From: Azolla caroliniana
Lineage: Eukaryota > Plantae > Polypodiophyta
Assembly (NCBI GenBank): GCA_043228905.1
Contig: JBHGNT010000017.1
Span: 10,106,001 to 10,170,000, forward strand
Length of the DNA: 64,000 bases
Direction of reading: 5' to 3'
In this document: piece by piece, positions 13,867 to 24,400 of the stretch
Numbering within the stretch: position 1 is the first letter of the stretch
Layout: each line of letters starts with the position of its first letter
The notes under the pieces: model-generated
Seen by the model: only the letters and a program-made list of their open reading frames with translations
Database searches by the model: none
Told to the model about the DNA's origin: nothing
Position numbers and translations under genes: made by a program

Positions 13867-13932
13867 TGCATAGGGCAGGATTCGAACCATGCACCTCCAC
13901 GTAGATAAACCCCAACTTTACCATTGTAATAA
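13867..13932 (-). promoter_or_regulatory. tRNA-like Pol III A/B-box cassette in the LTR of C (second copy ~20357-20420)
   Basis: The minus strand reads TACAATGG-(32 nt)-GGTTCGAATCC, with a T-arm-like stem GCATGG/CCTGC. The spacing equals that of a standard tRNA. Confidence 0.6.
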
Positions 13933-14473
13933 TTTATCTTTAGTGTTATAAATATAGATTTAATACGTATAAGACCTTTATTTACACATACCTTTATTAA
14001 AAGGTAAAAATCATGTATTCTTTAGAGTGTGAATATTTTATTTACACGTGACATTAAAAGTGACTCATGCACATCTAGCGTGCATGAGCCCTATATTTAG
14101 GAAATGACAAAGCATCACATGCACATTTAGTGTGCATGGGCACTTTAGGTGAAAAAGCATGAAGCCATGCTTAGCCTCTTCCATCTTTATATAAGGAGGA
14201 GAAAAATATGTATATGGTTGTTGATTAATATACAAGTTTTTGATCAATCTAATATATTCGTGGGATTCACGAATTTTGCCATCTAATTGCTCTTATAATC
14301 TAAATATTGTTTTAATTACAATAAACTCGTGAGATTCACGAGATTGCTATCTTACTTCTCTTTCCACTATTCATAACTAGCCTTAAGTTGCATTCCTCTT
14401 CCTCCTAGTCAAAAACCTCGGCGGTTCCCACCCGACTCACGCAACGATCCGGAGCCGAAGGGCACGACACAGT

Positions 14474-14491
14474 TGGTGAACCCGACGTGAA
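14474..14491 (+). promoter_or_regulatory. Primer binding site complementary to the 3' end of tRNA-Trp (also 33289-33306 and 61459-61476)
   Basis: TGGTGAACCCGACGTGAA is the reverse complement of the plant cytosolic tRNA-Trp 3' end (..TTCACGTCGGGTTCACCA, from recall). It lies 4 nt after the LTR in all three elements. Confidence 0.85.
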
Positions 14492-14509
14492 GTACCGGGT
14501 GGCAAGGAG

Positions 14510-16552
14510 ATGGAAAATCAACCGGAGGCTAGCAACATGATGATGATGTTCGAGCGCATGCTACAAGAACAACGCGCGATGTCGGAGATAGCGGCATCAG
14601 TGGAGCGGCTCGTGCAACGAAACGGGCAATTCAACGGGAAAGACGTGTCGCGGTATCTTCGGGATTACAAGGCGGAGATGCTACGGTGCGGAATATCGGA
14701 AGGACTGCAAGTGACGTCCTTCAACCGGGTGGCGACCGACGGGCTTCAAGCAAGCATCCATGGGCTACGACAGCAAAATCCGACATGGGAGGCGTTTGAA
14801 GTAGAGCTAAAGAGGGCGTTCGCCATCGAGGATTCCTCCAAGGCGACGCGAAGGGGATTCGAAGACTGGGTGGAGACGCCGGACAAGGGATTGAAGGTCA
14901 TTGATGTGTTTTCGGCATTCGAAAGCCGGTTTGGGAGGTTGTCCGCGAGAGATCAAGCTATCCTCGTACCGGACAAGGTGATCATGTTCTTGCGAGCCGT
15001 GGACGTCCGGGACCGGAAAGATCTCGGAGTGCTCTTGGAGGACACGACCACGGAGAGCGGCCTCACCGAAACATGGGAAAGCGTGCGGGATATCGTCGCG
15101 CAATACACGAAGAGGGGGCAATGGCTTGCCGACGAGGAAAAGAGGGTTTCGGAACCGATTCCGAAACCGAGAACCGGATTGGAAGACCATCAACTGAGGG
15201 CTCGAGAGACTACAACCGAGAAGGCGATTGATGCATCTACGGTGGAGCAACTATTGAAGGAGATGGAGAATCTGAAGATCGCGATGGTGAAGAAGTCGGA
15301 TGACCGCCCCACAAGCTCCAAGTATGCGGACCGACGGTGCATATGGTGCGATAGTGCCGAACACGATCGGAGGGATTGCGACGAGCATAAGGAGGCGCTA
15401 CGGCGGGATCTCATCTACTACGAGGGAAACCAGATTCATTCGATGGACTCTCGGAAGCCACTCCGACCGAACTTCCGGAAAGGCGGCATGAAGAAGGTGC
15501 TCGAGGAGGAATTGGCGGCAAGAAGCAACTATGCGACAACCGCGGGAATATGTGTCGGGGAGTCATCGAGAGCAAAGACGTCTTTTTGGCCGGAAGTTCT
15601 AGAAAACACCGAGAAAACCGACTCTAACGAGATCCGAAGCACCGCGGAAGGCGTCCGGGAAGCTACGGGATGGGAGTGCCCTGTCGACAAGAATAGCGTA
15701 TACGCCCTGTGTCAATTGCATAAGGTGTATGTGGACAAGAAACGACGACGCACGGAGGATGCGGCTGGGCCATCAAAGATACCGGAAAGCTGGAACTCCG
15801 GAGGTAAGGGAAAAGAAAAGGCGACTCCGGCATTCAAGCTCGCCTCAGACATAGAACAACAAACCGACTTGAAAAGAGTGTTCGAGGAAAGAATCTTGGA
15901 TAGCCGGGTAGATTTCTCGCTTCGGGAGCTACTCGGAATAGCAAAGAAGGAGTTCCACGATCTTCTCGTGGATCTCGTGAAGCGAAAAAGACAAAGTACG
16001 GAGGAAAATGCTCCAAGGGTGAATGCGAACACCGTTTTAATGAACGACACCGAAGTGGAGGACGAAATTTCGAACTCCCACTATACAAGGCCACATTGGG
16101 CACGCGCGACTACGGAGACTCCGGTCCGAATCGGCAACATCAAAGAACCCGCGCTAGCATTGATTGATCACGGATCAGAGATAAACTTGATGTCCAAGGA
16201 GTTCTACCGGAAGGGGAAGTGGCCTATTAACACCAACCATGGATGGAAGATTCGGGCGGCCACCAAAGCAACGGAAGATCTATTTGCGGCTTGTCCGGAT
16301 GTGACGGTGAAGATCGGGGATGTCGAGATCGACCAAAATTTCTTCGTGCAAGATGAGGTTTCACATTCCGTCATCCTCGGCCAACCCTTTATCACGGCAT
16401 CACGGATGGAGACGAAGGTGCTCGATAGCGGTGCGGCTTTTGCACGAATTCGGAGCCAAAACGGTGGGAAATCCGTCCAATTCCTAACGGTGCCGGCAAA
16501 TCACGAAAGGAACAAGAGGGAACTCTTGTCCCAAGTGAGAATGGATTTTTAA
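14510..16552 (+). CDS. Gag-aspartic protease polyprotein of element C (680 aa, intact)
   Basis: Capsid-like N-terminus (QFNGKDVSRYLRDY), CCHC knuckle CIWCDSAEHDRRDC, protease ALIDHGSEINLM..VILGQPF. Confidence 0.9.
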   Translation: MENQPEASNMMMMFERMLQEQRAMSEIAASVERLVQRNGQFNGKDVSRYLRDYKAEMLRCGISEGLQVTSFNRVATDGLQASIHGLRQQNPTWEAFEVELKRAFAIEDSSKATRRGFEDWVETPDKGLKVIDVFSAFESRFGRLSARDQAILVPDKVIMFLRAVDVRDRKDLGVLLEDTTTESGLTETWESVRDIVAQYTKRGQWLADEEKRVSEPIPKPRTGLEDHQLRARETTTEKAIDASTVEQLLKEMENLKIAMVKKSDDRPTSSKYADRRCIWCDSAEHDRRDCDEHKEALRRDLIYYEGNQIHSMDSRKPLRPNFRKGGMKKVLEEELAARSNYATTAGICVGESSRAKTSFWPEVLENTEKTDSNEIRSTAEGVREATGWECPVDKNSVYALCQLHKVYVDKKRRRTEDAAGPSKIPESWNSGGKGKEKATPAFKLASDIEQQTDLKRVFEERILDSRVDFSLRELLGIAKKEFHDLLVDLVKRKRQSTEENAPRVNANTVLMNDTEVEDEISNSHYTRPHWARATTETPVRIGNIKEPALALIDHGSEINLMSKEFYRKGKWPINTNHGWKIRAATKATEDLFAACPDVTVKIGDVEIDQNFFVQDEVSHSVILGQPFITASRMETKVLDSGAAFARIRSQNGGKSVQFLTVPANHERNKRELLSQVRMDF

Positions 16553-16606
16553 AGCGGACTGTTGCGGAGTGGGGAAGTGATAGTCCGAGAAGCCCTGATA
16601 CCCCAC
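16543..16606 (+). promoter_or_regulatory. Predicted -1 programmed ribosomal frameshift signal (G GAT TTT plus H-type pseudoknot)
   Basis: Heptamer at 16543-16549 immediately before the ORF1 stop, then a 5-nt spacer. Stem 1 is 16555-16565/16577-16587 and stem 2 is GTGGGG 16569-16574/CCCCAC 16601-16606. Pol is in the -1 frame. Confidence 0.75.
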
Positions 16607-19600
16607 ACAGGAAGAAAACTCTCGGAGCAAAACATGTACGAATAGGTCCGGATGGGGCATCTACGTACACGACCGTAACCGGAGGATTGAAGAAAGGATA
16701 CCGACAAGTGGAGGATAAGTTGCGGTCGGCATCAATAATAAAAGAAGATGAAGAAATCGTGGGGATAGTCGAAGAAGTGTTCTATGGGAGCACGCTACAA
16801 CGACTTGAAGAACTTGCGGAAGATAAAAGCTAAGGGAACCGGGTAGTCCCGGTGGAATCGGTCGAGATGTACGAGATCATTGCGAAAATGGAGCCGGATA
16901 CGCTCCGCAAAGAAGAAGCAATGGTAAGTACGAAATACAAGACCATGGAGAAGAAGGTGAAACCGGCTGCGGGACCACTACCCGCCGATAGCGAACAAAA
17001 GAGGAAAGAAGTCTCGGGAGATCCGACACTTCGGAAGACCGTGGATATCGGACATGCCTTCACGGATGAGACCCGGAAGAAACTTCGGGTCGGTGGAGGT
17101 GGGTTCCTATTACAAAAAGAAGAAGAACGGTTTCGCGAGATGTTGGAGCAACACGGCAAAGCGTTTACATTTACATCAAGGGAGATAGGGTGCGTCGATC
17201 CGAGAACAGTGGAGCCGATGGTGATCTTCACGATTGACCATGTACCGTGGAACCTGAAGCCGATTCCGGTGCCACGAGCGCATATTCCGAAAGTCATTGA
17301 CTTGCTCAAGGAGAAGGTGGCGATGGGGATTCTAGAGCCATCAACTGCTCCGTACTCAAATCGATGGTTTACGGTTCCGAAGAAGAATGGGTCACTCCGA
17401 TTTATCCAAGATTTGCAACCGGTGAATAAGGTCACGATCCGGAACACGAGAGTCGGTCCGATAGTGGACGAATTTGCGGAAGCTTTTGCCGGTCGTGCGA
17501 TATACTCCATCGGAGACCTATACTCGGGGTATGACCAATTCCAACTAGCCGTGGAGAGCCGAGACATCACAACCATGCGAACACCGATAGGATTAGTCCG
17601 AATGTGCACACTACCACAAGGAGCGACAAACTCGGTTGCTCATATGATGAACGCGATGAACAAGGTGCTTCGAGACTGCATTCCGGAGATAACGATGCCG
17701 TTCCTCGATGACATTCCGATGAAAGGATGCGCGGTCGAAGAAAAAGATGAGACTATGGATGATCGGGGATGCCGAAAGTTCGTGGTCGACCATATTCATG
17801 CTTGCGAGAAAGTGTTGCGAAAGCTAGAAGATGTGCACCTAACACTTTCCGGGGAGAAATCGGCATTCGGGCAAGAAGAAATATTGGTGGTCGGACATCT
17901 ATGTGGCCCCTACGGCCGAAGACCGTCACCAACAAAGATCGATGCGATTCAAGCTATGGAGGAAGTATGCGAGTCAACATCCGAAGTCTGAAGGTTTCTC
18001 GGTGCATGTGCATTCTATCACAAATGGATTCCGCACTATGCACATATAGCGGATCCACTCTACAAGCTATAGAGGAAGTATGCGAGTCAACATCCGAAGT
18101 CCGAAGGTTTCTCGGTGCATGTGCATTCTATCACAAATGGATTCCGCACTATGCACATATAGCGGATCCACTCTACCACTTGTTGCGGAAAGGTAAGAAA
18201 TTCGAATGGAAACCGGAACACACCAAAGCCATGAAGAAATTAAAGAAGACACTTCGGAGGGCGGAAGCACTTAAGAAACCGAGCTATGACCGACCGATCA
18301 TAGTAACGGTTGATACAAGTCCAACCGGTATCGGGTGGGTCATCAATCAAGCCGACTCGGATGGTTCGCGGTATCCGATCTGATTCGGAGCAAAGGTTCT
18401 CAACGAAAGGCAACGTGGATATGCGCAAGTCAAAAGAGAACTGTGGGGAGTCGTGTCGGCGATAAAATCGGATCGGGATTATTTGATCGGAGCCGAAGTG
18501 GTGATCGAGACGGATTGTCTTCTGATACTCGGGATGATGCGGTGTTGTACGATACCGGATGTAGCTATGCTAAGGTGGGTTGCATATGTCAAGTCGCTTA
18601 ATCCGGAGGTTCGACACATCTCGGGGAAGGACAATGCGGTAGCGGATATGTTATCAAGGGCTCGGTTCGGAGACGACATAACCGAATCGGATAATGAAGA
18701 AGTTTCCGAAGACTACTTCGCGTCGGAGCACATATGCCGAGTAAACGTAATCCGGGAATTCCGGGAAGAAGAATACGAGGGAGAAAGCTTGATGATTGGG
18801 AAGATGTTACAAGAGGCCGAGGATTCAACAAACGATAAAGGAAGAAGAGCCGAGATCCGAAGGAAGAAGAGACAAGTCCAAAAGTTCTTCTTGGAAAACG
18901 GATTAATATGGAGGGCGCCGAAAAGACCGGATGGTATACCACTTCGAGTAGTCGGGACAAAAGAGCAACGAAACCGGATAATGTCCGAGTTTCACGAATC
19001 CGATTGGGCTGGACACCGAGGAACATGGGCAACATTTGTGAAGATCAAGCAAAAATATTGGTGGAAGAAAATGTACAAAGATGTCGCGGAGTTCACGGAA
19101 AGCTGCGAGAAATGTCAAGTCTACTCCGGGGTTCGACATCGAGATGAGTTACATCCGACATTCTCACCGACAATCAACTTCAAGTGGATGGTTGACATAG
19201 TGGCCATGCCGATCGGGATCGGACAAAAGAAATACTTGGTATTAGCTCGGGAAGATCTCACGAATCAAGTAGAAGGTCGAGCGCTTCAGAGGAAAACGTG
19301 TTCCGCGGTATGCCAATTTCTTTTGGAGGAAGTATTTTGCAGGTACGGGTGTGTAGGACAAGTGATTGCGGACCGGGGAGAACTCGACTCGGACAAAGCT
19401 AGGGGATTCTTCGCTAAACACGGAGTTCGGTTATCGCTGACAAAGGCATACAATCCGGAGGCCAACGGGAAAATCGAACGAGGACATAGTCTGATCGTGA
19501 AAGCACTTGCGAAGGCATGCGATGGAAAGGTGAAGGACTGGCCGCAGATGCTTCCGTATGCACTATGGGCGGATCGGACGACGCATAGTTCCATAACCGG

Positions 19601-20297
19601 TTACATGCCGGCAGAACTCATGACCGGACAAGCACCGGTAATGCCGACGGAAACCGCGATCGCAACATGGACAGTGCTACCGTGGAAGGAAGAGATGAGC
19701 CGGGAAGAACTACTAGCGGTCCGGATACGACAACTAGAGGGAAGACCGGCAGACATAGCGGAAGCAATACGATGACAACAAGAAGCACGATTAAGGAACA
19801 AAAGCCGGTTCGACACAAAGCACCGACTACGACCGAGGAGGATTGAAGAAGGAGATTGGGTGATAGTCTATGACAGTAGTTTGGACCATCAACATACAAC
19901 GATGCAGAAATTCGCGAACAGGTGGTTCGGGCCATACGAGGTTCGGAAAGTCTTCGACAACGGAACGTACCGACTGTCCGAGTTGGATGGAACAATACTA
20001 CGAGTGCCTATAGCCGGGAAGCGGGTGAAGATTTTCAAGAAGCGGACCGACGACAAACCCTATGTGATCCAAGCCAAGGCCGACAACGAGGAGCAATCGG
20101 ACGAAGACCACGGTGATGCGGGAAGCGAAGAAAGTGAATTACAACTCATAGTCGACATAAGGGGAGAATCGGAGGAAGCTTTGGGTGAAGACGGATATGG
20201 GGGATCGAGAACTTCGGCACATACCGGAGGATGTGCGGGTTCGGAGGGGGCGAATGTCGTAGTGTATTCCACACACTACGTGAAAACCATAAAATAA
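16543..20297 (+). pseudogene. RT-RNase H-integrase of element C (4 premature stops plus a 113-bp tandem duplication)
   Basis: RT motifs DLYSGYDQF, LPQGATNS, FLDD; RH TVDTS..IETDC..NAVADMLSR; IN H..GH..CEKC, ADRGE, NGKIERG, WFGPY. Stops are at 16831, 17989, 18381 and 19773. Confidence 0.92.
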
Positions 20298-21126
20298 TAT
20301 ATCCGATTTTAGATACATATAAATAAATAAATAATATATCAAAAGAATTTATCACGTGCATAGGGCAGGATTCGAACCATGCACCTCCACATAGATAAAC
20401 CCCAACTTTACCATTGTAATAATTTATAGTGTTATAAATATAGATTTAATACGTATAAGACCTTTATTTACACATACCTTTATTAAAAGGTAAAAATCAT
20501 GTATTCTTTAGAGTGTGAATATTTTATTTACACGTGACATTAAAAGTGACTCATGCACATCTAGCGTGCATGAGCCCTATATTTAGGAAATGACAAAGCA
20601 TCACATGCACATTTAGTGTGCATGGGCACTTTAGGTGAAAAAGCATGAAGCCATGCTTAGCCTCTTCCATCTTTATATAAGGAGGAGAAAAATATGTATA
20701 TGGTTGTTGATTAATATACAAGTTTTTGATCAATCTAATATATTCGTGGGATTCACGAATTTTGCCATCTAATTGCTCTTATAATCTAAATATTGTTTTA
20801 ATTACACTAAACTCGTGAGATTCACGAGATTGCTATCTTACTTCTCTTTCCACTATTCATAACTAGCCTTAAGTTGTATTCCTCTTCCTCCTAGTCAAAA
20901 ACCTCGGCGGTTCCCACCCGACTCACGCAACGATCCGGAGCCGAAGGGCACGACAACGCGCTCTCTCTCTTTCCTTGAACCAACAAGGATGACAACAATA
21001 GTAACTAAAAGTTTGCCCTAAGTCATATTTATACTAATATGACTTTTTGGCTATATATAAATATAGCCTCGATGGACTCTCAGAAACATATTTACGAATA
21101 TGTCTCTTCATCCGGTTTCGACATTC

Positions 21127-21342
21127 CTCACCGGTTTTGCGCCATCCAGCTCTCCGTAGCCGGGTACTCCTCATCCGGTTCTCACCGGGTCTGCGCCATC
21201 CGGCTCTCCGTAGCCGGGTACTCCTCATCCGGTTCTCATCGGGTCTGCGTCATCCGGCTCTCCGTAGCCGGGTACACCTCATCCGGTTCTCACCGGGTCT
21301 GCGTCATCCGGCTCTCCGTAGCCGGGTACTCCTCATCCGGTT
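21127..21342 (-). repeat. 54-bp tandem repeat (~4 units) in the U3 of Tork-like LTR B; homologous array at ~42670-42865 in H
   Basis: Repeated unit CTCACCGGGTCTGCGCCATCCGGCTCTCCGTAGCCGGGTACTCCTCATCCGGTT. Confidence 0.9.
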
Positions 21343-21428
21343 TCTGCCGAGGCCTATCAGCCTCGGCCGAGTTTGTTCATCGGCACTGTTCTTCTCTCTT
21401 CCCATCCGGAGGGACCTGTCTCCCAACA

Positions 21429-24400
21429 GCAATCGAGCCGGTAAGCAGTAAGGATCGGTGAGCTGGGGAGCTGGGGAGCCGGTATGCCGGATCCAATCCG
21501 TAACCGGAAGCCTAGTATAGGTTAGACTACTAGGCATTATAGTCTCGTAGTTAGTATCAGACGCTCATGTGAGCATTGAAGTACACCGTACTTCTAACAG
21601 TCCCGTGTGGACTTGTATAAATAGCGCTGATGAGCGCGTTGTAGATACAGAGCACAGAGTATTCATATAATTTAAAAAAAATAGTGTGTTTTTCTCTCTC
21701 TCTCTATCTCTCCTGCGTACTCTCTCTCTCTCTTTGTGTATTGTTCTTTCTAATGCTTCCGCAAGCAATCTTTCACATGGTATCAGAGCGCGTGGGTTGA
21801 GAACCTCTACTGCTGACATCTACGCTTGTGAAGGAAACCCTAACAGATCGGAAAACAGACACAAAAGGAGAAATGGACAGAGGTATGGCTACGTCGCTCT
21901 CGGTGGAGAAGCTCGATAGAACCAACTACGCATCTTGGTCATACAAGATGCACCAGTACCTGCTTGGGCATGGCTACTGGAGTTATGTCGACGGAGTGAA
22001 TGACTCAGCACCGGAGACGACACACAAGGACTTCCTAGTGTGGGAACAGGCGGCAAGCAGGGTGATGTACTGCTTCGCGTCCAGTGTCGGTGACCAGCTG
22101 CTCAGCCATATCCGTGACACCAAGACACCGAAGGATGCTTGGGGAAACTTGAAAAAGGTCTTCGCCGCAAGCACCACTGCCTGGAAGCTGCAACTCAGAC
22201 AGGAGTTGAGCAATGTTCGACAGAAGAACATGTCGGTGGCAGATTACACAGACCGGATCAAAGGCCTATATTAACGTCACCGTAGAGGAAGACAAGATGG
22301 TGTAGGTCTGTCTTGGAGGCCTGGCGTCCAAGTTCAGAGCTTTCCGAACTGCGGTTTGTACAAGGGAGAATACGCCCTCATTTTTCGACTTACAATCGAT
22401 GCTCCTGGTAGAGGAGAATCACGCCGGTGCATCTACTAGTGCATCCCCAGACAACCAGATGCTATACACGGGAGCGGATCGGTCCCGCGGGCGTGGTGGA
22501 TGAGGCAGGTCGGCACGCAATGGAGGCGGCAAGCATGCCGATTCGAACAAATCCGGATCCGGCAAGACCGGTAAGGAAGGCCAGCAAAGCTCGCACTATG
22601 CAAACGGATCGGGAGGATCCAAGAACGGTAAGGGGCCAGCCTTGGTGATGAAGCACAAGGAAAACTCAATGAAGAAGAACACTTCCAAATCAGAGGAAGT
22701 GTGGTACGTTGACTCTGGCGCATCGAACCACATGACGAGCCACGGGGAGTGGTTCTCCTTTTTGGAGAAGCCGGATCAACTAGGAGTTGTCGAAACTGGA
22801 GATAACACTCCCCACCCGATCGTGCACATCGGAGAAGTCCCTTTGAGCCATGTCGGACAAAGGGGGAAGCTGATGAATGTATTACATGTTTCGACGATCA
22901 TAAAGAACCTGGTGTCGGTCGGATAGATCGTCGACCACGGGATGTAGGTGCGGTTTACGCACCTCGAGTGCTTCATTGAGGATGAGGGCGAAGTTATTGC
23001 GCAAGGGCGCAGAGATGGGAGGATGTTTATCCTCAACACCAATGATGTCGGCACCGCACTGTTCGCCAAAGGACAGAAGGTCGAGTCGGATATCGACCTG
23101 TGGCACAAGCGGATCGGGCACGTCAACTACCGGAGGCTTCAAGACCTACAAACGGAACAAGTCATTTTCGGTTTGCTGAAGTGTAGTGGCCAGAGAGCCC
23201 AAATTTGTGAAGCCTGCCAACTCGGGAAGCAACACCGGCTTCCATTCCCCACCGAAAGAAATTGAAGCCGTAACAAGCTCGATCTTATCCATTCGGATGT
23301 GTGGGAACTGGCACAAAATGTTAGCATTGGCGGTAGTCGATATTTCGTCTCCTTCATCGACGACTACACGCGGCATACGTGGATCTACCTCATTGAGCGG
23401 AAGAGCGAAGTCTTCAAGCGTTTCCGGAGCCTCCAAAAGATGGTGGAACAGGAATCAGAGAGGAAGATCAAATGCCTACGGTTGGATGGCGGAAAAGAGT
23501 ACTTTTCCGGCCAATTCAACAACTATCTGCAACAAAAAGGAATTCGGCGAGAATTCAGCTGCAGATACACACCGCAACAGAACGGTGTGGCCGAAAGGAA
23601 GAATCGGTCGTTGATTGATGCGGCTAGGGCAATGCTGGAGGAAAAGAGCATGCCCAAGTTCTACTGGTTGGAGGCGGTCCAAATGGCCGTTTACATCTAG
23701 AACCGGATCGGGGACAAGGTGTCAGCTCACGAGCTGTATTTCGGGCGCAAGCCGAATTTGAGACACCTCCGGATATTCGGCAGCATAGCCTATGTACATG
23801 TGCCGGATGAGAAGCAGAGAAAGCTGGATGCAAAATCGGAAAAATGCATCCTAGTCAGCTATGCTCAAGAGCAAAAGGGGTATAAGTGTTATAACCCCCG
23901 AACGAAGCAGGTCCGAGTCAACCGAGATGTTGAGTTTGATGAATCAGCATCGTGGTATTCCTTACCGACTCCGACTTTTGATCCCGACCCGATGTTGGAG
24001 GATGGGGCTAGTGAGCCCGAATCGGCTCAGGTAGAGAAAGATGAAGCCGAGACTCAAGATGAGAGTCTGGAATCGTTCCGGTTAAGCGGACCGAATGAAA
24101 CACTGGATCAGTCCAACCAGTCGGATGATGAGACGTCAAGTAGTGGAGACTGTGTCGTGCTCTCCCCGTGCAAGGAACCGAGAAGACGGTTCACACGCAA
24201 AGAGAAAGGGAAGCAGAAGATGCTGGAATTCGAGACCGGCAATGATGAGTCGGATCGGTGCGTATCTGACTTCGACAAGGACATAGGCAAATCTTCAGGA
24301 ACGAAGACCGAACCGGCCAAGAAGGGTATCATACCGGGTAACGGTGAGTTACGCCGGTCCACCCGCCAGAAGGATTCCGTTAAACGGTACGGGTATAACG

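Larger units (their letters stand above)
13765..20955 (+). mobile_element. Near-complete non-chromovirus Ty3/gypsy element C; LTRs 13765-14469 and 20255-20955; 4-bp TSD ACGC; tRNA-Trp PBS
   Basis: LTRs TGTCGT..CGACA differ by about 3 substitutions and one 4-bp indel by eye. ACGC occurs at 13761-13764 and 20956-20959. Order is gag-PR-RT-RH-IN, with a GPY motif and no chromodomain. Confidence 0.96.
11225..21428 (-). mobile_element. 3'-truncated Tnt1/Tork-like copia element B; 5' LTR (13461-21428) split by gypsy element C
   Basis: PBS reverse complement GCTCTGATACCA at 13447-13458. LTR halves 13461-13764 and 20960-21428 match the LTR of element H. Gag-PR-IN is present, and similarity to H stops at 11225. 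Confidence 0.9.

Noticed and set aside
13867-13932. Functional tRNA gene
   Set aside because: Only the A/B boxes and T-arm fit. There is no convincing acceptor or anticodon stem, so it is reported as a tRNA-like cassette only.
19860-20297. Possible chromodomain or env after the integrase of C
   Set aside because: After the GPY motif there is only a short acidic tail running into the LTR, with no chromodomain aromatic pattern or transmembrane segment.
21127-21342. Regular repeats resembling a CRISPR array
   Set aside because: These are head-to-tail 54-bp units without unique spacers, inside a eukaryotic LTR, with no cas genes.
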